From the NCBI GenBank assembly GCA_031414955.1, contig JANOQV010000152.1:1-64000 (forward strand): a stretch of 64,000 nt of DNA, read 5' to 3'. The notes under the pieces are model-generated. The model made no database searches and was not told the DNA's origin. It saw nothing but the letters and a program-made list of their open reading frames with translations. This DNA comes from Pedosphaera sp. Lineage in GTDB: Bacteria; Verrucomicrobiota; Verrucomicrobiia; Limisphaerales; SIBH01. Position numbers and translations under genes: made by a program. Below, piece by piece: positions 10,401-20,045 of this stretch (its first letter is position 1; the number at the start of each line of letters is the position of its first letter).

Positions 10401-13353
10401 CCGGTCGGGTTTCTCGAATTACGGACTGACCTCGGTGCATCTGGGCGGGCCGGGCACGGACATCCTGAGTTGCGAGCCGGGCAACAGCTATCAGTTGCTG
10501 AGTGGAACCTCGATGGCCACGCCTCATGTGGTGGGCGCATGCGCGCTGCTGCTTTCGGCCAATCCGCTGCTCAGCGCGGCGGCCCTCAAGGAGGCGCTGA
10601 TCAACACGGTGGACCCGACTTTGCCGGGGCTGTGCGTCTCGGGCGGACGTCTCAATCTGGCCCGCGCCCTGGCCAGCGTTGGCGCCGCCTGGATCACGCT
10701 CGCGCCCACCGGCGGCACCAACATTGTCACCGGCGCGGCCGTCGCTGTCACCGTGGGCTTTCATGCCGGCGAATTGGCGGCGGGCAGTTACACCGGTCAG
10801 TTGGTCATTGCCTGCAACGACCTGATCAATCCCACCGTGATCGTTCCGGTCTCGATGACGGTGCTCGCCGATTCTCTTCAGGTCGTGCCCAACGTGGTCT
10901 TCGCCAGCGGCGGCGCGCAGGGCGGACCGTTTGCGCCGTCCACGATGGCCTACACCTTGACCAACCTTGGCGTCTCCACGTTGAGCTGGGCGATTCACCA
11001 CACTCAGAGCTGGGTCAGCGTCTCGGCCAGCAGCGGCTCGTTGCCGGCTGGCGGGACCGTCGTCGTGACCGGATCGATCAACTCCGCCGCCAGCTTGCTC
11101 GCCACGGGTCTGCACGCGGACACGCTGGTCTTCTCCAACTCAATCAGCGGCGCCATCCACCCGCGCCCGGTGACGTTGACCGTGCTGGCTCCGACGTTGA
11201 GCATCTCGGACGCGGCAGTCGTCGAAGGCAACGAGGGCACCACCACCAACCTGGTTTTCCTCGTCACGCTCACGCCGGCCACCTTGCAAACGGTGACGGT
11301 TTCCTATGGCACGCTGCACGATTCGGCTGACGCAGACATCGACTATGTTTCCACGGGCGGAGTGGTGGAATTCCTGCCCGGTGAAACGAACAAGCTCGTC
11401 ACCGTGACGGTCATTGGCGACACCAATGCCGAGCCGATGGAGAACTTTTTCGTGACCCTCTCCGACGCGACCAACGCCGTGCTGGGCGACGCGCAAGGGG
11501 TGGGCCAGATTATCAATGACGAAACTTCGGGCCGGGTCGCCGTGTTCGGCGCGGTCAGCACGCCGTCGTGGAACGAGGACGTGCGGCAAAAAATTGCCGA
11601 CGCCGGTACCTTCATCCAGGTTGATGCCTTCCTCGTGAGTTCGGGCGACCCGATTCCCACCCTGGCCCAACTACAGGAGTATGCGGCGGTCATGTTCTAC
11701 TCCGACGCCGGCTACAACGATCCCGTGGCGGTGGGCGATGTCCTGGCTGATTACGTCGATGGCGGCGGCGGGTTGGTGCTGGCCACGTTCTCTTTTGGCG
11801 GAGCCGCCATTCAGGGCCGGATCGTGACCGGCGGCTATCTGCCCTTCAGCATCGGCAGCTACAGCAGCGGCACCCGGCTGACGCTGGTTCCGGATCAGCC
11901 GGGGCACCCGATCCTGGCCGGGGTGACTTCGTTTGATGGCGGCTCGTCAAGCTACCACGACATCGTCACGCTGGATCCCGCCTCCGAGCAGGTCGCCCAT
12001 TGGAGCAACGGCCAGCCGCTGGTCGGGACCAAATCCACCGCGCCCGGACGGGTGGTGGGGCTGGGCTTTTATCCGCCCTCAGGGGACGCGCGCAGTGATT
12101 TTTGGGAGCCCAGCACCCAGGGCGGACTACTGATGGCCAATGCTTTGAACTGGTCTGCGCAGTCTGGACCTAACACGAACCCGCCCGTCATCTGGCAGCA
12201 ACCGGCCCATCGAACCGTGATTCTCGGCGGCACGGCGAGCTTCAACGTGGCTGCCACAGGCTCGGGACCATTGAGCTACTTCTGGCGGCGCAACGGCTCG
12301 CCCATTGCGGGAGCCAATTCGTCCTCCTACGCCACGAACAACGTGCAACTCGCCGACTCCGGCAACCAGTTTAGTTGCCTGGTCAGCAACGCCTACGGCA
12401 CCGCTCTGAGTTTCAACGCTTTACTGACGGTGAATACCAACCTCGGTTTGAGCGTGCTGATGATCTGGGATATCAACAGCGGCGGCACTTTGGCGCTCCG
12501 CGACGCGTTGGCCAACGCAGGCATAGCCGTCACCTTGAGCGCCACCGCCGAGACAGATTACACCGGGGCCAATCCCAGCCCGGCTGGCTTCAGCGCGGTC
12601 ATCCACCTGAATGGAACAACCTACGATTTGGATATGCCAACCGCTGGTCAGATCGCCCTGTCAAATTATGTGCAGGGCGGCGGCGGTTATATCCAAAACG
12701 AGTGGGATGCCTACGAGTACGCTGAAGGCAGGATGGCGAATATGCGCGATCTGATTTTGTTTGATCGCAACGATTTCGGAACCGCCGGAAGCGTGACTCA
12801 CACCAATGTTCCAGCCCAGGCAGGCCATCCGGTTCTAGCCAGCCTCGCCTCAAGTTTTACTTTCCAGACCGCTTTTAATCATGCCCCGGCCCACGTCTTT
12901 TCCACCAGTCCCGTCACCGTGTTAATGCGCCACAACGAGTACGATGCCGTGGCCGTCCGCCAGTTTGGCTTGGGCCGGATTGTTGGGTTTAAGCATGCGG
13001 GCAACTACGAAGAGGCGAACGGCTTTAACACGCTGTCCGACGCGAACGTGCAGCAGCTCTACATAAACGCGGTGCGCTGGACTGCGAGTCAAAGCCCAGC
13101 GCTTCGATTCCTGGCTCCCCAGCCGATTGGCAGCGACTTGCGTCTGCTGCTGCAGACTGCGGACGGCAGTCCGATTACGCCGGAACGCGCGGCCCATGTC
13201 TCCATCCACGCGACGACCAATCTCTCGCTGCCGTTCCTCAACTGGACACCGCTCACCAATTCCATGGTTCTGACCAACGGCCTGCTGCAAATGGATGGCT
13301 TGAGCACCTCCAACTCGGTGCAGCGGTTCTTCCGCGCCGTGGAAACGCCGTGA
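4474..13353 (+). CDS. Giant secreted multidomain protein: FTP/PepSY-type propeptide, M36 fungalysin, BACON-like, NIDO-like and lectin-like domains, S8 subtilisin, Calx-beta, Ig, two GATase-fold-like domains, C-terminal RFFR module
   Basis: Signal peptide MKNLSTLKLVSVVLMLIVAAGVWA; HEYAH at 5986-6000 plus GMGEGWSD (M36); VIDTG, HGTHCAG and GTSMATPH (S8 triad); Calx-beta-like LSISDAAVVEGNEG..EPMENFFVTL. Confidence 0.92.
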   Translation: MKNLSTLKLVSVVLMLIVAAGVWAFQPSGHPPLPDMDKRSGRGVQTKDPPAAQAGAARELQTRVPGAKIEFEPITGAPKMVSVPGGFLTGAAGKGAAISLRALAAARADDPHRVTKAFLNEHRLLFGHGAEALAQARVTRDYVTPHNGLRTVVWEQTVDGIPVFQSVLIAHTTSRGELVSVSDQFVGSPDQAAAQGTPNRAALLAGTVVAAAQAVALAAQNLGEELTAAKVATVGAANAGPEQAQKFTAPSLNGETEVKRIWLPMDRNAMRLCWDVILTSRKAGGMFRVLVDAGTGEVLVRRSLTRNITNATYRVFTSDSPSPFSPGHPTPLTNQPPLVARSLVTLPALNTNASPLGWINDGQNQTLGNNVDAHTDRNDDNSPDLPRPQGSPFRVFDFSMNLTNDDPLLYTNASVVQLFYTCNWIHDRLYELGFTESAGNFQLTNFGRGGLQNDPVQADALDGGGTDNANMSTPPDGSSPRMQMYIFTGMLPRRDGDLDTEIVIHEYAHGLSWRLVGGGQALGTSQSDGMGEGWSDFYGLTLLSEAADDVNGNYAAGAYAAYKIGGPNDTKNYYFGIRRYPYSTDLTKNPLTFKDIDPAQADNCSSGAPFHSDMFGTCSPGNAAEVHAQGEVWCVTLWEARANLINRHGWAVGNQLILQLVTDGMKLSPPQPNFLQARDAILQADVVNSGGANLPDLWAAFAKRGMGYSATSPASFTTDGVVEAYDVPDTLQILPTTGFTSRGPVGGPFDITAQIFTLTNIGTNAFTWTLVNTCAWLNVTPSGGSLTPGGVAATVTSSLNGTAATLPLGIYTGTIWFSNLVSGIGQSRTFTLRAGQLDFFTELFSGDNDLDFQSFTFTPDGGASFYAGCRDVATNFPTDPTGGTFVSLGDDNSIQVTLSGTNTVAIYTRRNNVFFIGSNGYLTMDSGDAVYVESFENHFNRPRVAALFDDLYPGQGGTVSWKETIDRVAVTFDNVVEFGSSAMVNFQIEMFYDGRIRITYLAVGITDALAGLSEGLGVPAGFEESDFSGYAICPPPDDLLITPVAGLNSQGYEGGPFSVSNKIYTLTNVGTNSHNWTATTTQNWINVSAPGGALAAGASTNVTVSINALAYAFTPALYSGGVTFSNVESGFVQSRNVSLQVLAIPGEIAVLDSVPSATDLQIPFGDLITGLVRTEQITITNSNPTYGIIISNISFGSYVEDFNDGLAQGWVPAVPGDWSVTGGEYQAAFAGSRWMFSRYGGQTWSTVAAQMSCRRVGDPYNSAALLLRATPDFDDGVGSAYIFQIAVDGSYGVWKQVNGSFDWLQEWTPSAAIQSGTNVLAGVADGSALSFYINGVLVWSGTDTALTSGLIGLGGYSDASTHFFDNVTASENPLVGVLSASQRWHNQHPVSGGHRGAAPAGSARTNPARQDLSGSGRSWVVASSVTNGPFRLENLPALPYTVPPLGSLTFQVAYQPSAVGSNYTKVVIENNDADEPRVEVEASGRGILDYLHITPVGDFVTLGHPGGPFNPASTLYVLSNGGPVSVNWSTLHTQAWVNVVPSGGALAVGQSVSVTVSLTAAANALPEGLHHDAVTFTNLTTTRAQQRGVHLTVFTSPQIVVAPGSMHVTNAVGRSTNLTLTVSNALTADGSLTFNIQAQETGRSIQSIAAIAATGVGLPPAGHDFTRLAASKEYTPGRLLVRFTPGVQAVQRAQMVNALGGQITREYRIVPGLCVVELPANLSVAQALQSFNQTAGILYAEPDYRVQANVTPNDARFGELWGMNNTGQTGGTPGADIDAPEAWALNTGSRQVVVAVIDTGVDYTHPDLTNNIWTNLGEIAGNGLDDDNNGFVDDIHGYDFVNGDGDPMDDHYHGTHCAGTIGAEGNNGIGVAGVCWQVRIMALKFLDAGGGGSTADAISCVEYATLMGARVMNNSWGGGGYEQALKDVIDAAGAVNNLFVAAAGNAGSDNDANPFYPAAYDSTNLVAVMSTDHDDDRSGFSNYGLTSVHLGGPGTDILSCEPGNSYQLLSGTSMATPHVVGACALLLSANPLLSAAALKEALINTVDPTLPGLCVSGGRLNLARALASVGAAWITLAPTGGTNIVTGAAVAVTVGFHAGELAAGSYTGQLVIACNDLINPTVIVPVSMTVLADSLQVVPNVVFASGGAQGGPFAPSTMAYTLTNLGVSTLSWAIHHTQSWVSVSASSGSLPAGGTVVVTGSINSAASLLATGLHADTLVFSNSISGAIHPRPVTLTVLAPTLSISDAAVVEGNEGTTTNLVFLVTLTPATLQTVTVSYGTLHDSADADIDYVSTGGVVEFLPGETNKLVTVTVIGDTNAEPMENFFVTLSDATNAVLGDAQGVGQIINDETSGRVAVFGAVSTPSWNEDVRQKIADAGTFIQVDAFLVSSGDPIPTLAQLQEYAAVMFYSDAGYNDPVAVGDVLADYVDGGGGLVLATFSFGGAAIQGRIVTGGYLPFSIGSYSSGTRLTLVPDQPGHPILAGVTSFDGGSSSYHDIVTLDPASEQVAHWSNGQPLVGTKSTAPGRVVGLGFYPPSGDARSDFWEPSTQGGLLMANALNWSAQSGPNTNPPVIWQQPAHRTVILGGTASFNVAATGSGPLSYFWRRNGSPIAGANSSSYATNNVQLADSGNQFSCLVSNAYGTALSFNALLTVNTNLGLSVLMIWDINSGGTLALRDALANAGIAVTLSATAETDYTGANPSPAGFSAVIHLNGTTYDLDMPTAGQIALSNYVQGGGGYIQNEWDAYEYAEGRMANMRDLILFDRNDFGTAGSVTHTNVPAQAGHPVLASLASSFTFQTAFNHAPAHVFSTSPVTVLMRHNEYDAVAVRQFGLGRIVGFKHAGNYEEANGFNTLSDANVQQLYINAVRWTASQSPALRFLAPQPIGSDLRLLLQTADGSPITPERAAHVSIHATTNLSLPFLNWTPLTNSMVLTNGLLQMDGLSTSNSVQRFFRAVETP

Positions 13354-13576
13354 TGGCTGGAGCACCAGCACCACGAGGCAAACTGTGACGGGTGAGTGCG
13401 GAAGCCCCAGGCGAACTGGTCCGGGAGGCGTTCAGCCTGGCCGGGAACCGGCCGGTACCGCGCACGCACCGACAACCGTCACCTCTCCCCGGCGGAGCAT
13501 CCACCGCCCTTCCCGCGCGTTCCCGCGCCGCTTGGCTTGACTTGAGTTCGGCACGCACCTAATCCTCACGCACCGT

Positions 13577-14077
13577 ATGCCACGACTTGTTGTTCTCAGC
13601 GAAGGACTCACTGGACGCTCCCACGAGCTGAAGGCGGAGACCACGACCATCGGGCGGACGGAGGAGAACACCTTTCAGATTCCTGACGCTTCGGTCTCCA
13701 GCCACCATTGCGAAGTCATTCTGCGCGGCCACGAGGTGGTCATTCGCGATCTGAACTCGACCAACGGCACCTTTATCAACGGGCAGCAGATCACGGAGTC
13801 GGCGCTCAAGCCCAGCCAGATTTTGCGCCTGGGTCAGGTGGAAGTGCGGTTGGAGAGCGAACAGGCCGCGACCTCGCAGAAGAAGCAGTTGCTCGATCAC
13901 ACACAGGTCGTGCCGCAGGGCATCAAGATGGATGAATTGGGCCAGATCGCGAAGGCGGGGAGTCCCGGTTTCGAGAAGAAAAACAACACCGGCACCAAAA
14001 TCTTCATCATCGTGGCCATCGTGGCGGGAGTTTTGATCATGTCCGCGCTGGCCTGGGTGCTGTTCTTTAAGAGTTGA
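13577..14077 (+). CDS. FHA-domain membrane protein
   Basis: TIGR..SVSSHHC..DLNSTNGTFING FHA motifs; C-terminal hydrophobic helix. Confidence 0.9.
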   Translation: MPRLVVLSEGLTGRSHELKAETTTIGRTEENTFQIPDASVSSHHCEVILRGHEVVIRDLNSTNGTFINGQQITESALKPSQILRLGQVEVRLESEQAATSQKKQLLDHTQVVPQGIKMDELGQIAKAGSPGFEKKNNTGTKIFIIVAIVAGVLIMSALAWVLFFKS

Positions 14078-14116
14078 GTCCCGGCGCTGCGGGACAGTCC
14101 GCGAGGTTTTCGATTT

Positions 14117-15121
14117 TCATTTCTCCGCCAGCCATCGCGCTGCGTCCTGAGCGGCGTAGGTGATTAAGATGTCCGCGCCAGCCCGGCGCATGGCCAGCAG
14201 GCTTTCCATCATCACGCCGCGTTCGTTGATCCAGCCCTTTTGCGCGGCGGCCTTGATCATCGAATACTCCGCGCTCACCGAGTAGGCGGCGGTCGGGCAG
14301 CCAAACTCCGACTTCACCCGGTGGATGATGTCGAGGTAGGCCAGCGCCGGTTTCACCATCACGATGTCGGCCCCCTCGGCGAGGTCGAGCGCGACTTCGC
14401 GCATAGCCTCGTTCGTGTTGGCCGCGTCCATCTGATAACTGCGCCGGTCGCCGAACTGCGGCGTGGACTGGGCGGCTTCGCGGAACGGGCCGTAATAGGC
14501 CGAGGCGAATTTCGCCGCGTAGCTCATGATGGGCGTGTCGGTGAATCCATCTTTATCGAGCCGGGCGCGGATGGCGCGGACGCGACCATCCATCATGTCG
14601 CTCGGTGCCACGAGGTCGGCCCCGGCTTCAGCGTGGCTGGCGGCGGTGCGGGCGAGCAGTTCTAGCGTGGGGTCGTTTTGCACCCGGCCGGATTTGTCGC
14701 CGTGGCCGATCACGCCGCAATGGCCGTGCGAGGTGTATTCGCACAGGCACACGTCGGTGATCACGATCAGTTCGGGCAACGCCCGTTTCAGTTCACGCAC
14801 GGCGCGCTGCACAATGCCTTTCGCTGCATAGGCACCGGTCGCGCGCGCGTCCTTGGACTCGGGAATGCCGAAGAGCAGGACTGCGGGCACGCCGAGTTCC
14901 TGCGCGCGCGCCGCCTCCTTGACCAGTTCATCCACGGACAACTGGAACACGCCGGGCATGGCTCCCACTTCGCGCCGCACCCGTTTTCCGGGGACGGCGA
15001 ATAGCGGCAGCACGAGTTGCTCGACGCTTAGGCGGGTCTCCGTCAGGAGACGGCGCAGGGCCGGGGATTGACGCAACCGGCGGGGCCGGCCGGCCGGAAA
15101 ACTGGCAAATGCTGAACTCAT
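14117..15121 (-). CDS. hemB: Porphobilinogen synthase (delta-aminolevulinate dehydratase)
   Basis: [20 protein letters not shown]n site, [17 protein letters not shown] and MVKPA. Confidence 0.97.
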   Translation of the reverse strand: MSSAFASFPAGRPRRLRQSPALRRLLTETRLSVEQLVLPLFAVPGKRVRREVGAMPGVFQLSVDELVKEAARAQELGVPAVLLFGIPESKDARATGAYAAKGIVQRAVRELKRALPELIVITDVCLCEYTSHGHCGVIGHGDKSGRVQNDPTLELLARTAASHAEAGADLVAPSDMMDGRVRAIRARLDKDGFTDTPIMSYAAKFASAYYGPFREAAQSTPQFGDRRSYQMDAANTNEAMREVALDLAEGADIVMVKPALAYLDIIHRVKSEFGCPTAAYSVSAEYSMIKAAAQKGWINERGVMMESLLAMRRAGADILITYAAQDAARWLAEK

Positions 15122-15478
15122 CCGGGCGAGACTAGGGTGTTTTTTGGAAGTTGTCAGTGCTCAGTTCTCAGTGTTCCGTCGGGAACGGGCCTCGCAATTT
15201 TGCCAGTGCGGATCGGGCGCGGAAGCGAACCGCCATGAGCAGGCGGGCTGGACGGGTGCGATGGAAAATGACGGTCTGGGCGAGGCTGGAATACGGCCTG
15301 CGATTGACCACCACGGGCGAGACTCTCGCAATTCGATGCTTAGGCATGAGCAAATCGCAATGCCTAATAGTATTTACTAAACCACGCCGCCCGCCCGGAC
15401 CATTGGCCGGATGCGCCCGTTCCTGTTTCAGCAACCGCTTGCCCAGGTTCCCAATCCAGTTCACGCTGGCGACCAATC

Positions 15479-16486
15479 ATGAATCGGCCGCTGTCATTGC
15501 TCCCAATTGTTTCCGTGGTCGTATCTGTCCTGTTGGTCGGTTGCGTGCTGCGACCAGCCTCCCCCGTGGCGGCGGGGGAGAAGCCGTGTTTGTTGCCGGC
15601 CGACCACGCTGGCGAAGGCCCGGCCTGGCACGCGCCTTCGCACAGTCTCTACTATGTCGGAGGGGATCGTATTTCGCGTTTCGCGGACGGCGCTTCACAG
15701 GATTTTCGGAATCCCGCTGGTGGTGCGAATGGGTTGCTCTTCGACCACCAGGGCAGACTGGTGGCCTGCGAAGCCGCGAACCGCCGCGTGACCCGCACCG
15801 AGCAGGATGGCTCCATCACCGTCCTGGCCGATGGCTTCGAGGGGAAGAAGTTTAACTCGCCCAACGATCTCTGCCTCGACTCGCAGGGGCGCATCTACTT
15901 CACCGATCCGCGCTATGGTCCGCGCGACACCATGGAGTTACGCGATGCGGATGGGAAACTGGTCGAAGGCGTTTATCGAATCGACGCGCCCGGAAAAGTG
16001 CGCCGCGTGCTTGGTCGTGAAGTGGAACGGCCCAATGGAATTCTGCTCTCACCCGACGGCCAGCATCTGTTCGTGGCCGACAATAACAACAACGTGGTCG
16101 GGGGGGCGCGCAAGCTCTGGCGGTTCGACCTCGATGGAGGTGGCTTCGCCGTGCCCTTGAGCCGCAAACTGATCTTCGATTGGAAAACCAGCCGTGGTCC
16201 GGACGGCCTGAAGATGGATCGGGCCAACCGTCTCTATGTCGCCGCTGGACTGAACAAATCCAACTCGCCTTTTGAAACCGTCGAGCCGTACCCCGCCGGC
16301 ATTTACGTGTTGTCTCGCGAAGGACTTCTGCTCGAGTTCGTGCCTATTCCGAAGGATGAGGTGACGAACTGCGCCTTCGGCGGGGATGACTTTCGCACCC
16401 TCTTCATCACGGCGGGCGGGACATTGTGGAGTCTGCGCGTGAACACGCCGGGTCAGGTCGTGTTGGGCGGCGGTGAGTCGTTCTGA
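15479..16486 (+). CDS. SMP-30/gluconolactonase family lipoprotein
   Basis: Lipobox-like LLVGC; GEGP, ANGL, FNSPNDL, YFTDP, RPNGI, PDGLKMD and TNCAFGG. Confidence 0.9.
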   Translation: MNRPLSLLPIVSVVVSVLLVGCVLRPASPVAAGEKPCLLPADHAGEGPAWHAPSHSLYYVGGDRISRFADGASQDFRNPAGGANGLLFDHQGRLVACEAANRRVTRTEQDGSITVLADGFEGKKFNSPNDLCLDSQGRIYFTDPRYGPRDTMELRDADGKLVEGVYRIDAPGKVRRVLGREVERPNGILLSPDGQHLFVADNNNNVVGGARKLWRFDLDGGGFAVPLSRKLIFDWKTSRGPDGLKMDRANRLYVAAGLNKSNSPFETVEPYPAGIYVLSREGLLLEFVPIPKDEVTNCAFGGDDFRTLFITAGGTLWSLRVNTPGQVVLGGGESF

Positions 16487-17210
16487 TTTTAGTGCGCTTC
16501 CACGGATTCATTGAACTGGCCGCAAGTCCGGGATGGCCGAGCATAGTGCGCCCTCGGGAACGCCGGTGGCCAGGCCTCTGGGCCATGGTCTCAAAGCTTT
16601 GACGCCGCCCATCCGCAGGTCAGCTTCGCGGGATATAATTTTCCAAAATTGCGGTTGCTTTTCCAAATGAGAGGGCCAGTTTGACAGGCAAGGAGCGGAT
16701 CAGCCCTTTGGTCTGCTCGTCGGAGCAGCCATGCAAACGACACACCAAAACTCGACTGCGATTCATGCCAGGTTCACGCCCGGAGTTTTGCCCGGCGGCG
16801 CTGGTCACCTCTCGTCGGATCGGTCTTCTGTAAACAGTCCCGTGAGCACGCGCTTCGTCCGATTGACTCCGGCCAGTGTCGGCCTTGCCTCGTCCGGGGT
16901 GCAGGTGGAAAATATTTCTTCCAGGCCACCTGCCAAGTGGCGCCGATTCCCGGCTGACCCGGTCAGAGGAATGAGTCCAGGCGCACAAGGCAATCAGATC
17001 ATCGACCAAGGATCCACCCCTCGCCCATCCCGGCACCCTTGTCTCGAAATTGGTAACGGGCCGCCGCACGCTGGTCAGCGATGCGAGATTGTCATTGGCG
17101 TAATCTGCGAATCAGATCGAACCACGAAGTGGCGCTGAACCGCGCGCCGGAAGGGCCCGGTTCCGGGCCTTCCGCGCCGGCGTGTTAGCCAGATATTTAG
17201 GAGTAATCAC

Positions 17211-20045
17211 TTGTCCACCATCGTCCATGCCGATCTGCAAAATCCGGAAACCAGGTTGAGTCCAGCGACGCAACTCCGCGCGTTGCAGCGACGCAAGCGC
17301 AGCGCGCGGATGATGGCCATCGCGCTGCTGTTGACCTTCGTGGTGACGGGGTTGGTGTTCCTGCTGGTTCGCTCGCAGGAAAACACGGCTCTGGACGCAC
17401 GGTTTCACCTCGACAGCGCGGATCGAGTCCAGGCGTTACGGCAGGAAATGCAACTCAGTCTGGAACTGATGCAATCGTTGGCCTCCTTCTATTTCGTGAG
17501 CGAGAAGGTTGGGCCCCAAGAATTCGACCGGTTTCTTGCGGCATCGATGGGCCGGCATTCTTGGATTCAGGCCTTCCAGTGGGCTCCACTGGTGGAGGGA
17601 ATGGATCGGCGGCAGTTTGAGCAAAGTGTTCAGGTGGCCCGGTGGCCCGGCTTTCAAATCACCGAGCTGGATGTGGAGGGAAAGATGATCCCCGTGGCCG
17701 ATCGTGGGCAGTATTGTCCGGTTACTTTTACGACCCCTTTCGAGTCCAATGCCCGGGCTCATGGCTTTGACCTTTTGTCCCAGCCGGATCGCCGGGACGC
17801 ATTGTGGAAGGCGCGGGATGCGGGCGAAATGCGGGCCAGTGCGGGTGTAACTTTGGTGCATGGCGCGCGCGGATTTCTGCTGGTGGCACCGGTCTACCAA
17901 ACCAATCCTCCCCCGTTCAGCATTGAAGCCCGGCGAGCCACGCTGGCCGGATTCTGCGTGGGAGTTTTCCGCATTCGCACCATTGTGGAAGAGGCTTTGA
18001 AATCAGCGCGTCCCGGTGGGGTGAATCTCGCTCTGTTCGATGCCACGGACGTGGAGCGCCCTAGCTTACTTGACTTTCAAACCGCTCGGCTCGGGCCTCA
18101 CGATCCTCCAGTCGAGCCATCCGCCGTGCCCCCGGGCTTGCACCATCGCGGCACGCTGGATGTGGCCGGGCGTGCCTGGCTGGTCGTATGCGTGCCTTCA
18201 CCAGCTTATCTGGCCACGTTCTCGCGTTGGAAGAGTTGGAGCGTCCTGAGTGGCGGGGCCGCGCTCACAGTTTTTCTGGCCCTTCCATTTCTCCAGCATC
18301 GCCGGTATTCGGATTCCCTGGAGGATCGCGTCGCTCGCCGCACCAAAGAATTGGCCCGGGCCTATCAGGAGCTGGAGGGTGAGGTCAAAGTTCGCAATCT
18401 GGCCGAGCAGGCGTTGCGTCTGAAACAGCAACAGCTCCAGGCGATTCTCAACAACACCACGGCCGTGGTCTATGTGAAGGATCGTCAGGGGCGCTATCTC
18501 CTCGTCAACCAGCGATTCAAATGGCTCTTCGAGGTGACGGATGCCGGAATTATCGACCACACGGATCGCCACATCTTTCCGGCCGAGGTGGCCGAGGCGG
18601 TACGGGCCAACGATCTCAGGGTGCTGGCGGCCGAGGCTCCCTTGGAGATGGAGGAAGTCGTGCCTGGCAAACAAGGCGTGCCGCGCACTTACCTCTCCAT
18701 CAAGTTCCCCCTCCGCGACGAATCTGGCTCTGCTTACGCCGTGTGCGGCATTTCCACGGACATCACCGAGCGCAAGCAGATGGAGGAGGCCTTGCGCGCC
18801 AGCCAGCAGCGCTATGATCTTATTCTCAACGGGATCAAGGACGGTATCTGGGACTGGAATCTACTCACCAACGAAGTTTATTTCTCGCCGCACTGGAAGA
18901 GCATGCTCGGCTACGCGGAAAACGAGGTGGAGAACAATTTTCCAGCCTGGCAGAAACTGCTTCATCCTGACGATGCGGAACGGGCCGCCCTCACCATTCA
19001 AGCCTTCCTCGCCGACCACCACCCGGTCTATGAGTTGGAGCACCGGCTCCGGCACCGGGACGGTACTTATCGCTGGATTCTGGCCCGGGGGGTGGCTTTG
19101 CGCGATGCGGCCGACCGACCCGTGCGCGTGGCGGGTTCTCACGTCGATCTCACGGAGCGCAAGCGAATCGAGGAACAGTTGCGCGGAGCCAACAGCGCGC
19201 TCGAAGAGCGGCGGCGGGAGTTGACCCGGGCGCTCACCGACCTCGAGCAAACCCACGCGCAGCTCCAGTCCACTCAACTCCAGTTGATCCAGGCCGAGAA
19301 GCTGGAGTCGATCGGCAAGCTCGCCGCCGGCGTGGCCCACGAAGTGAAGAACCCGCTCCAGACCATGCTCATGGGATTGACCTATCTTGAAGGTAAATTC
19401 CCCCACGCCGGCGAGGAGGTGCGGCTCACCTGCGTCGACATGCGCGACGCCATCGTCCGCGCCGACTCCATCGTCCGCGGATTGCTCCAGATGGCGGGCA
19501 ATCCTGAACTCAACATGTCCCTGGAAGATCTCAACGCCGTGCTGGCCAAGGTGCTCTCGCTGGTGAACTACTCGCTGGATGCGGCCCGCATCACCGTGGT
19601 CCGCCGCCTGGATCCGATCGTGCCGCGTGTCTGGATGGATCTTGGAAAGATGGAGCAGGTCTTCATCAACCTCCTCACCAACGCCATTCACGCCATGCCG
19701 CTGGGCGGCACGATCTACGTGAGCACGTTTGGTAATGCGCCTGGTTTGTCCGGAACGCCCCCGATGGCCGGCGAACCGTCCGGCCTCGTCATGGTGCAAA
19801 TCCAGGACACCGGTGCGGGCATTCCGCCGGAACATCTGGATCAACTTTTCACTCCATTCTTCACCACCAAACAAAAAGGATTGGGCACCGGCCTGGGCCT
19901 TTCCGTAACCAAGTCCATCGTTGAACTGCATGGCGGTCGCATCGAGCTTATCAACGCCCCCGGGGGCGGAGCGCGGGTGACAGTCACGCTCCAAACCACC
20001 AAGGAATATTCCCATGAGAAAAGCACGCATACTCTACGTCGATGA
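17211..20045 (+). CDS. CHASE-PAS-PAS sensor histidine kinase
   Basis: Two TM helices flank a CHASE-like region (N..A.GFDL.S.P.R..A); two PAS/PAC domains; H-box AHEVKNPL, N-box NLLTNA, G-boxes DTGAGI and GTGLGL; start codon uncertain. Confidence 0.9.
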   Translation: MSTIVHADLQNPETRLSPATQLRALQRRKRSARMMAIALLLTFVVTGLVFLLVRSQENTALDARFHLDSADRVQALRQEMQLSLELMQSLASFYFVSEKVGPQEFDRFLAASMGRHSWIQAFQWAPLVEGMDRRQFEQSVQVARWPGFQITELDVEGKMIPVADRGQYCPVTFTTPFESNARAHGFDLLSQPDRRDALWKARDAGEMRASAGVTLVHGARGFLLVAPVYQTNPPPFSIEARRATLAGFCVGVFRIRTIVEEALKSARPGGVNLALFDATDVERPSLLDFQTARLGPHDPPVEPSAVPPGLHHRGTLDVAGRAWLVVCVPSPAYLATFSRWKSWSVLSGGAALTVFLALPFLQHRRYSDSLEDRVARRTKELARAYQELEGEVKVRNLAEQALRLKQQQLQAILNNTTAVVYVKDRQGRYLLVNQRFKWLFEVTDAGIIDHTDRHIFPAEVAEAVRANDLRVLAAEAPLEMEEVVPGKQGVPRTYLSIKFPLRDESGSAYAVCGISTDITERKQMEEALRASQQRYDLILNGIKDGIWDWNLLTNEVYFSPHWKSMLGYAENEVENNFPAWQKLLHPDDAERAALTIQAFLADHHPVYELEHRLRHRDGTYRWILARGVALRDAADRPVRVAGSHVDLTERKRIEEQLRGANSALEERRRELTRALTDLEQTHAQLQSTQLQLIQAEKLESIGKLAAGVAHEVKNPLQTMLMGLTYLEGKFPHAGEEVRLTCVDMRDAIVRADSIVRGLLQMAGNPELNMSLEDLNAVLAKVLSLVNYSLDAARITVVRRLDPIVPRVWMDLGKMEQVFINLLTNAIHAMPLGGTIYVSTFGNAPGLSGTPPMAGEPSGLVMVQIQDTGAGIPPEHLDQLFTPFFTTKQKGLGTGLGLSVTKSIVELHGGRIELINAPGGGARVTVTLQTTKEYSHEKSTHTLRR

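Noticed and set aside
7951..11115. 1054-aa minus-strand ORF
   Set aside because: Antisense shadow of the GC-rich protease gene; no recognisable motifs
16731..17138. 135-aa ORF upstream of the CHASE kinase
   Set aside because: No motif, atypical composition; cannot be supported as a gene, and no riboswitch was recognised in 16487-17210
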